DNA from: Rhizaria sp. SCN 62-66
Taxonomy: Eukaryota
NCBI GenBank assembly: GCA_001724265.1
Contig: MEDY01000342.1
Coordinates: forward strand, 1 to 38,230
Length of the DNA: 38,230 nucleotides
Direction of reading: 5' to 3'
Shown: one piece after another, positions 24,199 to 33,189 of the stretch
Layout: each line of letters begins with the position of its first letter
Numbering within the stretch: position 1 is the first letter of the stretch
Program-made: the position numbers and the translations under genes
The notes under the pieces: generated by a model
What the model saw: the letters and a program-made list of their open reading frames with translations, nothing else
Databases searched by the model: none
Told to the model about the DNA's origin: nothing

Positions 24199-27100
24199 TT
24201 AATGTGCTCCCCAGACCCCCGTAGCCCACTCCTCAACGCCTCCACCACTACCAACCCACTCCCAGCTCTCCTCGTTCTCTTCATCACCCTCTAGCTCTCG
24301 CTCTCGCCCTTGCTCGTCGTGTTGCTCCACACGATTCGCTGCGCCCGCGCCAGCGCCCGCTCGCGCCCCAGCCAGTGCGGCGGCCTCCGCGCCCCTCGCC
24401 CGGGCCGCCCGCAGCGCGGCGTGCACCGCGGGCAGCGCGGCCACATGCCGCATCGTGGGCCGCCCGTGCGGACACGCCCAGGGATGTTCCAGCCCCTCCA
24501 TGCGCGCCACGATCTCGGCCATCGCGCCGGCCGTGAGGGCCGTGCCGACCATGACGGCGCCGCGGCAGGCGCGCGAGGCGAACATCGCGTCCAGGATCGG
24601 CATCTGCAGCCGCAGCGCCGCCGCCAGGCTCGCCGCGCTCGCGGCCGATGCAACGGCTTGGGTTTCTTTCGCGGTCTGCGAAGCGGCAGCGAGGGCGGCT
24701 TGGTTTTCGGAAGAGAGTGCCTCATCAGTCGCGTCGCCATCGTTATCGTCATCGCTGTCAGAAAGCGTAACGACGTCACTATTGTCTTGGTCACTCATGC
24801 TCTTGCTCCTACTGTTCTTGCTGGTCCTGCTGCCCTTATTCATCTTGTCCTCATTTTGCAGAACAGCGAGCGCAGCAGTCGCCGCAGCCGCCGCGGCGCC
24901 GGCCTCAGCGGCCTTGCCCGCCGCCGCGGCTGCGGCTTCTGCGAGCAGCGGGCGCGCCTCGACAAGCTCACACAGCTGCACAATGTCCTTGGGCCCGAAG
25001 GTCACGCCGCGGCTGTAGGGCAGTGAGTGCAGCCACGCAGTCTTGACGACGTAGCCGCCGCGGTCGTCGTCGTCGTCGCTGTATCCATCCTCACCCGCGG
25101 TACCTGTGACACCTGTGACACCCGTGAGGTCGCGCTCTGAGCTAGCATTATCAGCCTGGCCTGTCGCAGTCGTACTAACATTGTTGCTGTTGTTGACATC
25201 ATTGTGGAGAGTAATTTTGACCTGGATATCAAAGCCATTCGCTGCAAACACAGACCGGTACCCCTCGACAACCTCGACGTGCGCGGGAGACAAGTTAAGC
25301 CGCCTCGGCGCGATAAGCCGCTGCGTCTGTACCTGTGTGGTGCGGCGGAGGAGCTCGTAGCGGTACTTTTCGTCCGTGGCGTGTTGGTCGATGATGAAGA
25401 CGTCATCGCGCAACCGCGTGAGGATGAAGCCCAGGTTGAACTGGCCGACGACGCGCTGCGACATGCGCGTGAAGTCGGACTTGTGCACCGTGCGCGTCAG
25501 CAGCGCCTCTTGCTCACGGTCCGCGGGCTCCTGCTCTTGCTCGTGGTCCGCCGCTGGCGGGGACGGAGGCTCACGGTCGCTCGCCTGAGATTGCTGCTCA
25601 CGGTCAGTTGTCGCGGCAGTAGCGTTGTTGGCACTGCTGATCAGATCACTGTAGTCGTCGCTCATGTTACTGCTACCGCCGGTGGTGTTGGCAATGTTGC
25701 TAGCAGTAACGGCTGCCGTGGCGATGAGATGCGTGAGCGTGTCCCCGCCCCATAGTGACAAGGCGGGGGAAGGAGCTGAGCCTGCTGAATCCGGCCCCGA
25801 GCCTTCGCGCCAGAGCGAGGAGGCGGAGGACTGGGCCCAGTGCAAGAGATCGTGTGACAGTGGTGCAAGTGAGTACTCGGGGACAACGAGCCCCTTCGGC
25901 TGCTTCTGAGACAGAGAGTTCAAGGTCACCGGTCCAGCTCCAGCACCGTGAGGTGCGGGAACGAGAGTGCCCGTGATCGAAACATCATCAGCGTCGTCGT
26001 TGGCTTCGACATCAGCTTCGCCGTAAACAATAAGAGCATTCTTGCTCTTGTTGATGTCGCTGTTATTCTCCTTAGCCTCATCACCATCATCATTGTCGCT
26101 GATGTGAGTGTCAGTCCTGGAGCCATTGTTTGCGCTCGCGAGGAGACGGCGCTTGACACGCGGGTTGACTTCGGCGTCTTCATCATCGTCGTGATCGTAT
26201 TTCTCCTGTCGCTGTTTGTGCTCATCTTCACCGTCGCTAGTTGCAGTCACGGTATGGCTATATATATGACTGCGATCGGGGCTGTGGTCGCGAGTGTGAG
26301 AGTGGTCGTGGGCACTGCTGCTGCTGCTGCTGCAGCAGCATCCACTATGAGCACTCGCTTCATCATCGTCGTCACCAGCGGCATCCACATTTGCACTCGC
26401 AGGAACAGGAACACTCTCATTCAGACTCCTGCTCGAATAATTGCTGTGCGCATCTGTGACAGAATCGTTGTTTGTGGAACTGTTCGTGCGGTTGCTGCTC
26501 TCACCGTCCTCATCGTTCATATCACCTGACTTCGACTGCAACGGCGGCTGCAACCTCTCCTTAGACGCCGCATCGCCCCCTTTAGCCTCCTCCTCGAGCT
26601 TCACCTTGCGGGCGCCGCTCTTGAGAGCGAAGAGCTTGAACTCGTCCAGGTGCGATGACACGGCCTGCAGGCGCGAGTGCGAGAGCCGCGACGAGCGGGC
26701 CAGCAGTGCCGAGGCCGAGGCGAACACACTCGCCGTCGACGCGACAGTCGGCGGCGGCGGCGCCTGAGACTGCTCTTGCGGCGGCGGCGGCGGCGGCGGC
26801 TGAGGGTGAAGCTGCGGCGGCGGCTGAGGCAGAGGCTGAGGCTGAAGCTGTGGCTGAGGTTGAGGTTGGGATTCTTGCCGTTGTAGATGTTGCTGCCGTG
26901 GAGATGAGGCTGTAGTCGCCTCTGTTGTTACACTCGCGGGTACAGTCGCAGAGGCGGTCGCTGCCGTAGAAACGGCTTCGGTCACAGTCTCGATCGTTGT
27001 CTCTGTTGCTGTCGTCGTTGCTGTTGCTGCAGTCTCAGTCTCGATCTCAGTCTGATTTGTAGTTGGCAGCAGCGCAGCTGTGACGTCCTCTGATGGCGGT

Positions 27101-29616
27101 GTTGTTGCTGTAATTATTGACGTTACAGGCGCTGCTGCTTCAGACGTTGCTGTGCAGGGCTCCGGTTTGACTTGAACGTGACTATTGCTGTTAGTAATAA
27201 ACCCAGGCTCTTGCTTCACAGTCGTCCTCACGCTCGCTGCCAAACCGCTACGACTTGCAGTGGGGCTCTTGGTGCGACTGCTCTTCGCTCCCGGCTTCAT
27301 CACCGCTGCAAATGATGAAAACCGATCTAATGCGCTGACAGCACTTGCCAGGCCCTTAGATTTGGAGCTTGCATTCGCACCCTCGTCGTTATCATCATCG
27401 TTGTCGTCGTCGTCGCAGTTATCACGCATAGCTGAGCTCTTGGAACGACGTGAATTGCCTGGGTTCGCGCTCGCGCTCGCGCTCGCGCTCGCGGTAGCGT
27501 CGGCGTCAACATGCTTAGAGTCACCGTCTAGGTCTCCCATCGACTGAAACTGCGACTGGGACTCTGAGTTTTGTGGCTGTGACTTTGCACGAGACAGCGA
27601 CGACTCATGCGACTGCTGCGGCTGCTGTAACAGCTGCTCTTGCTCTTGCTCTTGCTCCTGTAACTGCGACTGCAGCCGCGGCTCTTGCTTCACAACAATT
27701 GCACCACTGCTGTCGCTCCTGCTGTTCACACCACTCGCGCTGCTGTTGTTGTTCTGACCAGCCTTACTCGCCGTCGCCGTTGCAGCGACTGCAACAACAG
27801 TCGTCGCCGCAGCAGCGAACGCCAGCGCTCCCCTGGCCCCCACCATGAGGCTGGGCACCTCGGCGCTGTCCCTGGGCGAGTAGGCCGCGAGGAACGCGTC
27901 CCGCACGGCCTGCACGATCGCCTTCTCCTTGTGCAGGAATACGGTGCGCTTGTTGGGCGTGACGTTAACGTCGTACGCCGCCGTGGGCGCCCACACACGC
28001 AAAAAGAGCAGCGGGTGCGCGCCCGCGGCCGTGAACTGCCCGCCGCCCACCGAGTGCTGCTTGTACACGTCCGTCACTGCGCGGGTCACTTTGGGCAGGT
28101 CGACGGGCCGCTGGTTCAGGTAGACGTACTGCCGGTCGCTGCTGGAGCGGCCGCAGCCGGGGGCGAGGCGCGAGACAAAGCCGTCGACGGTAAGCGTGGG
28201 CAGCCCGGTGACCGAGGCCAAGTCCAGCGCGAACGGGGTCAGTTTGGCCGCCTCGGCAGGGGTGAACAGGGAGGAGATGTTGGCCAGCAGCGCCGGCAGA
28301 GAAGTAACCGTGAGCGAGAGGGGTGGGGACGAGGTCGTCGTGGAGTGCCACGGGGACGGAGAAGTTAGGCCGCCAGTTGGGCCGGAAGTCAAGCCGCTGA
28401 CAGAAGATGCTGAAGCAGAGGAACTCGATGCAGACGCGGCAGCAAGGGCGGCGATCGCAGCTGCAGTTGCATTAGCAGACATAAGTCCTGAAGCGTTATT
28501 GTTATTGTTCGCGCTAACGCTGCTGCTGTTGCTGTTGATGATACTCTTGGCCAAGTACGTACTGCCAGGATCCTGGCTAATGGCGAGGCCATACGCAGTC
28601 CTCGTTCTGCTGCTGCTGTTGTTGTTGTGCGCGTTACCGTTGGAGCGCGCGAGACTGGAACTAGCGGCGCCATCGGTAGCCAGCACCAGCTCACGCTTGC
28701 CAACGCTGCTCGCACTGGAGCTAGAGCTGCTCTTGCCGCCCTTGGCAGCAGCGCCAGTACCGACTGCTGCAGTGGCGCTCGTACTGTTAGCAGAGCTGCT
28801 GTTGCTGCTAACAGTGCTGTTGAGCGTGGGCGCGCCGAGCGGGATGCTGGGGTTGAGGTAGTGCGTGACAATTATGCGGACCCCCGTGGCGACAAGCGCG
28901 TACGCCTGCAGCAGCGACACGGCCTTGTTGTACTCGGTCTTGGCCGCCTTGACCATGCCCGCCAGACGCACCGGCAGCGTCGAGAAGAGCTTGCTCACGG
29001 TCACCGTCGTGCCCTCGTTGCGCTGCACCGGGGTCACCGCAACCACTGCGCCCGCGTTGTCGTACGTCACGCGCGCGCCCACGGCGGCGCCCGGACGGCG
29101 CGTGATGACCGAGAGCTGCGAGAGCGCGCAAAGCGACGACAACGCCTCGCCGCGGAAACCGAAGGAGCTGACCTTGACCAGGTCAGAGAAGTCGCGCAGC
29201 TTCGACGTCCAGTGCTTCTTGGTGAGCGCCTCGTAGTGCTCGGGCGCCACGCCGGAGCCGTTGTCGGCCACTTCGATGGTTTCCAGCCCGTAGTTTGTGA
29301 GCTTGACCTCGACGACCGTAGCGCCCGCGTCGATGCTGTTCTCGACCAGCTCCTTGACCGCAGTGGCTAAGTCCACGACGACCTGGCCCGAGCAGATGCG
29401 GTGCACGGTGCCGGGGTCAATGGCGCGGATGACGCCCGAGCCGAACTGTGGCGGCGCTAAAGGCGCAGTCACAGTTGACGTCACAGCAGGAGAAGGTGCA
29501 GTCGCGGCAGCAGGCGCTGGGACTGCAGTTGCGTTGTTAGTCGGGGCATTGGTAGGAAGGGAGGCTTCAGTGCGAGCGGGTGATAAGCTAGCGCCGGACT
29601 GCTCTTGGCTCGACAT
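24199..29616 (-). CDS. PMS2: DNA mismatch repair endonuclease PMS2 (yeast Pms1 orthologue; MutL family), 1805 aa, single exon
   Basis: GHKL motifs VKELVENSIDAGAT, DNGSG, TSK, SFGFRGEALSSL, GTTV; transducer RQYVYLNQRPVD and YDVNVTPNKR; C-terminal GQFNLGFI, DQHATDEKYRYE (DQHA-x2-E-x4-E), QRLIAP (PCNA-type motif), ASRACR, PWACPHGRPTMRH. First ATG at 29616. Confidence 0.96.
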   Translation of the reverse strand: MSSQEQSGASLSPARTEASLPTNAPTNNATAVPAPAAATAPSPAVTSTVTAPLAPPQFGSGVIRAIDPGTVHRICSGQVVVDLATAVKELVENSIDAGATVVEVKLTNYGLETIEVADNGSGVAPEHYEALTKKHWTSKLRDFSDLVKVSSFGFRGEALSSLCALSQLSVITRRPGAAVGARVTYDNAGAVVAVTPVQRNEGTTVTVSKLFSTLPVRLAGMVKAAKTEYNKAVSLLQAYALVATGVRIIVTHYLNPSIPLGAPTLNSTVSSNSSSANSTSATAAVGTGAAAKGGKSSSSSSASSVGKRELVLATDGAASSSLARSNGNAHNNNSSSRTRTAYGLAISQDPGSTYLAKSIINSNSSSVSANNNNNASGLMSANATAAAIAALAAASASSSSASASSVSGLTSGPTGGLTSPSPWHSTTTSSPPLSLTVTSLPALLANISSLFTPAEAAKLTPFALDLASVTGLPTLTVDGFVSRLAPGCGRSSSDRQYVYLNQRPVDLPKVTRAVTDVYKQHSVGGGQFTAAGAHPLLFLRVWAPTAAYDVNVTPNKRTVFLHKEKAIVQAVRDAFLAAYSPRDSAEVPSLMVGARGALAFAAAATTVVAVAATATASKAGQNNNSSASGVNSRSDSSGAIVVKQEPRLQSQLQEQEQEQEQLLQQPQQSHESSLSRAKSQPQNSESQSQFQSMGDLDGDSKHVDADATASASASASANPGNSRRSKSSAMRDNCDDDDNDDDNDEGANASSKSKGLASAVSALDRFSSFAAVMKPGAKSSRTKSPTASRSGLAASVRTTVKQEPGFITNSNSHVQVKPEPCTATSEAAAPVTSIITATTPPSEDVTAALLPTTNQTEIETETAATATTTATETTIETVTEAVSTAATASATVPASVTTEATTASSPRQQHLQRQESQPQPQPQLQPQPLPQPPPQLHPQPPPPPPPQEQSQAPPPPTVASTASVFASASALLARSSRLSHSRLQAVSSHLDEFKLFALKSGARKVKLEEEAKGGDAASKERLQPPLQSKSGDMNDEDGESSNRTNSSTNNDSVTDAHSNYSSRSLNESVPVPASANVDAAGDDDDEASAHSGCCCSSSSSSAHDHSHTRDHSPDRSHIYSHTVTATSDGEDEHKQRQEKYDHDDDEDAEVNPRVKRRLLASANNGSRTDTHISDNDDGDEAKENNSDINKSKNALIVYGEADVEANDDADDVSITGTLVPAPHGAGAGPVTLNSLSQKQPKGLVVPEYSLAPLSHDLLHWAQSSASSLWREGSGPDSAGSAPSPALSLWGGDTLTHLIATAAVTASNIANTTGGSSNMSDDYSDLISSANNATAATTDREQQSQASDREPPSPPAADHEQEQEPADREQEALLTRTVHKSDFTRMSQRVVGQFNLGFILTRLRDDVFIIDQHATDEKYRYELLRRTTQVQTQRLIAPRRLNLSPAHVEVVEGYRSVFAANGFDIQVKITLHNDVNNSNNVSTTATGQADNASSERDLTGVTGVTGTAGEDGYSDDDDDRGGYVVKTAWLHSLPYSRGVTFGPKDIVQLCELVEARPLLAEAAAAAAGKAAEAGAAAAAATAALAVLQNEDKMNKGSRTSKNSRSKSMSDQDNSDVVTLSDSDDDNDGDATDEALSSENQAALAAASQTAKETQAVASAASAASLAAALRLQMPILDAMFASRACRGAVMVGTALTAGAMAEIVARMEGLEHPWACPHGRPTMRHVAALPAVHAALRAARARGAEAAALAGARAGAGAGAANRVEQHDEQGRERELEGDEENEESWEWVGSGGGVEEWATGVWGAH

Positions 29617-30092
29617 CTGTTGCAATGAAGCTACTTTGCTACCAGTGCTTATTACAGAGTGAGAGGCGGGTTTGGGCGGTCTCTGACCTCGAGGTTGGAA
29701 CTTGGGTGAGACTTGACTTTAGCGAAGCCTAAGAAATGGTTAAAAAAGGAGTTGTAAAGTACCGAATTAGTATCAAATAAAATTGAAAAAAATGTTTCTT
29801 AAACCGTTCTTATATGCGTTGTTGACGATGAAAATACGATCTAATAACAACATGTTGACTTGGCGCTCTTCAGGCGCGAAGCAAAATGCCAGCCGCCACG
29901 AAGCCACCACAAACACCTTCACACTCGGAAAAAAGAACGTTTTCATCATCATAAACACTCTGTATTGGCCAGTAAACCTAAAACACTCCCATACTACATT
30001 TGTAATATTTATTCCTTATATCTTTCACCTCTGGCCAACTAAAGAGCAGTCAAGTCGATAACTCGCTTGTAACATGTTTGTGTCACCTGAGC

Positions 30093-32133
30093 TCAATACT
30101 GCACCGAGTCAATGTACTCGCGCGAGTTCTCCTCCACAAAGGCCTCGCAACCCTGCATCGCCTCCTCGGCCCGTCGCGCGCGCGCCTCGGCGCCCGCGCC
30201 GTGCGCGCTCTTGACAGAGTACTGCCCACCGTCCTGCAGAAAGCAAAGCAAATGTAAGTGAAAAACACAACATGAGCTATAATTCGGTTCATATGAAGCT
30301 CTCTGAAAACATTAATAGATAAATATGCAACATGAATATTACGGGGTAATATCTTTGCGTTATATAGAGATTTGGTGTGGGATATAGTCCAAAGAACGTA
30401 CCTGGTCCTCTGCACTCTCGAAGAACTCAGTGTCGCCCTCGCGGCGGTGGACGCCGCCGCCAGCGACGTCGACGTCCCCGCCGTCCTCCTCCTCCTCGGC
30501 GCCGGCGCCCGAGACGAACATGTCGGGCGGCACGCGGTGCATCTGGACCGAGGGCGCGTGCTCCAGCTCGGAGAGCGTCTGGAACACTGACACACGCATG
30601 CGTTCAATGTCCTCTTTGGAGTTGAGGTTGGGCGCGTCTGTAGGGGTGAGGTGGAGGCGGAACTCGGGGGCGTAGTACTGGAAGAAGTCGTTGTAGGGGA
30701 TGTTGTTGGACACGGGCGTGTCTGCGAGCACGCACGTCTCGTACGCCCAGCAGCGCGCGACGTTACGGATGTTGTAGCCGCCGCCGCCAACCACCAGCGT
30801 AGGTAGCCCGAACTGCTTGGTGAAGCGGACGGCCTCGCCGTGGCCGCGCGTGGTGATGTTGAACACGCCCAGGCGGTCGCCCGTAAGCGAGTCGGCGCCG
30901 CACTGCAGCACGATCGCTCCGGGCCGGTACACGTCGATCACCTTCTGCAGGATCGGCTTGAACAGACCCAGGAAGGTCTTGTCGTCGACGCCGTCGTTGA
31001 GCGGCACGTTGATCGAGTAGTTGCGGCCCTTGTCAGCGCCCTTGTCCTCGAGCGAGCCCGTGCCGGGGAAGAAGTCGCCGTACTTGTGGAAAGACAGAGT
31101 CATGACGCGGTCCGTGGTGTAGAAGGCCTCCTCAACGCCGTCGCCGTGGTGGATGTCGATGTCGATGTACAGCACGCGCGCGTGGTACTTGAGCAGCTCC
31201 AGGATGCCCAGCACGATGTCGTTGACGTAGCAGAAGCCCGAGGCCTCGGTCTTCTTGGCGTGGTGCAGCCCGCCGTGCCAGTTGATCGCCACGTCGCACA
31301 GACCGTGGTTCAGCCTGAAATGGAAGAATTAACAAAATATATCATATTTGTGAGATAAACGTACTAATTTAGTTTAATTAATTATAACATAAGTAATGCA
31401 AATATCAAAGTTTCATTCTTGATTTACAAAGATATACCCCACTTTCGGAAAGACTAAGCAAGAGCTCTCTCGCTTTGTACTTGATTAGTACTTTGTTGTT
31501 TGCATTGTTTGCTCAAGACATACCTCTGTGCGCCATCGATGCTGCCGCCGGAGTAAAGCTGGCAGTAGTCGTAGAGCCCGTCAAAGACGGGGCAGTCGGT
31601 GTAGGGCCCCAGGTTGAAGCGCTGGAGCTGGTGCAGGTGGTCTTTGGCGTTGTCGGGGGTGACGCGGCGCAGAAACTCGATGTAGTCGCTCGAGTGGAAC
31701 TGCGTCATCTCGCCGAAGTCGGACCGGTGCGGCCGGAACACGTCCAGCTTGCGGAACACGCCGTAGGACGTCAGCAGCCCGTGGATGAGGCGGAAACGGT
31801 GCGGCTTCATGGGGTGCGAGGCGCCGTAGTAGTAGGTCCCCGCGTCGTGCGAGTAGTAGAACGACACGCAGGACTTGCGGTCTGAGGGAGAAACAAGGGA
31901 TAAAACAGCACAGAAAAGGGATTTAGAATAGTTTAGTGGTGGCATTATAAATAGAGGTAGATTTGTGTAAGGGATTAACTAGGATTGAGTTAAAGAAAGA
32001 TTACAGGTAACGCTGCGGCAGGAGAAAGCAGTTAAGTAAATAGAGCGAAAGCACGCAGAGTTGCCTCGCTGCTCTCAAAAACATTGATAACTTTGCACAA
32101 AAGAAGCGAAAGAGACGTACCAGTAATAGACAT
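30093..32133 (-). CDS. Class I (RPD3/HDAC1-3 family) histone deacetylase, 474 aa; exons 32133-32121, 31881-31524, 31314-30402, 30233-30093
   Basis: [86 protein letters not shown]. Three GT-AG introns give a continuous frame (MSIT-D-RKSC; GAQ-R-LNHG; EDQ|DGGQ) totalling 1425 nt. Paralog identity (HDAC1/2 versus HDAC3/HDA9-like) not resolved. Confidence 0.95.
30234..30401 (-). other. HDAC intron 3, 168 nt, phase 0
   Basis: CAG|GTACGT ... ctttctgCAG|GAC; AT-rich. Confidence 0.88.
31315..31523 (-). other. HDAC intron 2, 209 nt, phase 2
   Basis: AG|GTATGT ... tttCAG|G; restores GAQRLNHG. Confidence 0.93.
31882..32120 (-). other. HDAC intron 1, 239 nt, phase 1 (after a 13-nt coding first exon)
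   Basis: ATGTCTATTACTG|GTACGT ... ctccctCAG|AC; supplies the otherwise missing start codon in frame. Confidence 0.8.
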
Positions 32134-33189
32134 GGTAACTGCGTGCGTTCGACTGCTGTTGAAAGCAGGGCTAGTTGCTGATGCTGTTGTTCCGAGGCTC
32201 TGGTGTTAGTTTGCAGCTTGTATAGAGCTTTGCTTTTCGGCGAAGCTCGTCTTGTGACCTTGCTGTTGGCCGCGGCCTTACTGCGCGAGAGAGCCCTTGC
32301 GAGAGCGTTGGATAAAACGAGAGCGGTGTGCTGTGCGCTCCAGTCAAGTCGGTAGGTAAGCGAGGGGTGTCTATAGGGGCACAGAGCGGAAGAATGCGAG
32401 GGCAAAGCAGGGTGGCGGAAGAGATACAAGCGAGGCAGGGGGAAATGTGAGATAGAGCCGCTAAAAAGCGCGGCGAGAGTAATCCCGCGATGCAAAGAAA
32501 CATGTGTGCCTTGGTCAATGCCACACGCGTCGCGGCCACAAAGGACAGGTGAGTGTGCGCGTGGGACAAGGAGGACAGCGCAGGGGGCTGACGGGCTCAA
32601 GTGGCGCTTTGGGGGGGGGTGTTCGCGCCGCTTTGCGCCCCGCAACAGGGCAATATCAAGACGGCAACGGGCGCGGATACTATTTAAAAGAATATAATAA
32701 AACCAAGAATTAAACCGAATTGCGTTTCGAGAAGAAGTCTTTGCGTTCGAGAAAGCGCGAGATAAGCTGACAAAGTTGGCCGTCACCATCGACTCTGACG
32801 GCACCACGGTCGGCCGCTGCGGCTATGCTCGGTCGGTCGGTCGCGTCGCTCGGCCGCTTCCTCCAACTTTAGCATGCTCTCCTGCAATATTCTTTCCGTT
32901 TTTAGCTCCAAATGACTTTTTCCGTGGTATGTACTGCTGATTCACTTTTATCATTCAAATTTTTGCCTCCCTGCTCTTTGTCCTGGCCATCTATTCTCAG
33001 CTGCAAGACTCCCCCCTTCTTCTCTGCTTGCGCCCTCTCTCGTTCAACCGTCACAGCCTCCAGTCTCTCACAAGTGGCGCTCTAACCACACACAACCAAG
33101 CCATATAGTTGTCTCTTCTGTGCGTCTCTGACCGCCCACAACAGCGCACCATGACTGCCTGTTGTGTTTCCGCGCTGGTGCGGAGGAAC

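Noticed and set aside
22694-30401. Two introns of identical length (168 nt), both at CAG|GAC, suggesting an introner family
   Set aside because: Their sequences show no recognisable similarity or terminal inverted repeats; the match is probably coincidental.
32001-32807. 268-aa minus-strand ORF upstream of the HDAC
   Set aside because: No ATG start, non-host codon style, no motifs; overlaps HDAC exon 1/intron 1 and the divergent promoter region.
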